A stretch of DNA of 20,000 nt from Hydrurus foetidus (Eukaryota): assembly GCA_900617105.1 (NCBI GenBank), contig UYFQ01000177.1, positions 54,852-74,851 of the forward strand, given 5' to 3'. The position numbers and the translations under genes were made by a program. Shown here in pieces: positions 19,362 through 20,000 of the stretch (its first letter is position 1; each line of letters begins with the position of its first letter). The notes beneath the pieces were generated by a model. That model saw only the letters and a list, made by a program, of their open reading frames with translations, was not told the origin of the DNA and ran no database searches.

Positions 19362-20000
19362 GTGCGGAGTGGCGCACGGTCACGCTGGCTGAAATCGCGT
19401 TGCCGGGAAAGACTGGATTGGTCGATGGCCCCTTCGGCTCCAATCTTCCGAGCAGCTCATACACCAAAGTCGGCATACCTGTGATTCGCGGCAGCAATTT
19501 GACAAAAGGAAAAGAACGCTTCAAAAGCGGGGAGTTCGTATATGTATCCTCCAAAACAGCCGAAGCACTTTCGCGGAGTTGCTGTGTCCCAAACGACATT
19601 ATTTTTACAAAAAAGGGAACTCTTGGACAAATCGGACTGATTCCAAGCGATGACCATCCTGTCTACCTTCTGTCATCCAACCAGATGAGACTGCGCGTAG
19701 ATACAGCGAAAGCCGATCCCGAGTTCGTCTACTACTACTTGGCCCAACAAGAATCAATCGACAAAATCATCCGAGACTCTGAGCACACTGGAGTGCCCAA
19801 AATCAACCTGGGTTACGTCAAGAGCTTCCCCATATCTTTGCCGACTGTAGAGACCCAGCGAAATATTGCAGCAACGTTGTCAACCCTCGACGACCGCATC
19901 ACCCTGCTGCGTGCTTCCAATGCCACGCTGGAAGCCATCGCCCAGGCGCTGTTCAAGTCGTGGTTTGTCGATTTCGACCCCGTACGCGCCAAACTGGAAG
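19358..20000 (+). CDS. hsdS: Type I R-M specificity subunit (3' part outside window; absent from the ORF track)
   Basis: Open from ATG 19358: MSAEWRTVTLAEI..DGPFGSNL..GIPVIRGSNL..DIIFTKKGTLGQ..LPTVETQRNIAATLSTLDDRITL..NATLEAIAQALFKSWFVDFDPV. TRD region is visibly lower in GC. Confidence 0.95.
   Translation, partial: MSAEWRTVTLAEIALPGKTGLVDGPFGSNLPSSSYTKVGIPVIRGSNLTKGKERFKSGEFVYVSSKTAEALSRSCCVPNDIIFTKKGTLGQIGLIPSDDHPVYLLSSNQMRLRVDTAKADPEFVYYYLAQQESIDKIIRDSEHTGVPKINLGYVKSFPISLPTVETQRNIAATLSTLDDRITLLRASNATLEAIAQALFKSWFVDFDPVRAKLE

Larger units (their letters stand above)
12777..20000. mobile_element. Left part of a genomic island integrated at tRNA-Arg, with type I R-M cargo; right end outside window
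   Basis: Integrase directly downstream of and convergent with the tRNA, an xis-like gene, a second recombinase and R-M genes. No second att copy in the window. Continuity into the hsd genes depends on the assembly being correct. Confidence 0.75.

Noticed and set aside
1..20000. CRISPR array, rRNA, IS transposase, phage structural genes, hsdR
   Set aside because: None seen in the window; hsdR probably lies downstream.

Overview
GC-rich betaproteobacterial (Burkholderiales-like) DNA in two parts. 1-12776 is core chromosome: end of a CheV-like gene, an XRE-cupin regulator divergent from threonine aldolase, argH, an AlgZ/AlgR-like LytS/LytTR pair, ppc, hemC-hemD-hemX-hemY and tRNA-Arg(ACG). From about 12780 to the window end is the left part of an island integrated at tRNA-Arg. 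On the minus strand it carries an integrase, an excisionase-like gene and a second, different tyrosine recombinase; on the plus strand a type I R-M locus (hsdM, YhcG/DUF1016-like nuclease, small hypothetical, hsdS). About 3350-15200 is full of small indels, even in housekeeping genes. I read these as sequencing or assembly errors, so genes there were rebuilt by eye across frames and coordinates are approximate. The best candidate for a new system is the second recombinase (14238-15209) with an ~830-nt apparently non-coding, hairpin-dense upstream region that has a candidate promoter. Also notable is a direct repeat of the hsdM/hsdS junction flanking the two genes inserted in the R-M operon. 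Family assignments are from motif recognition, not database searches.
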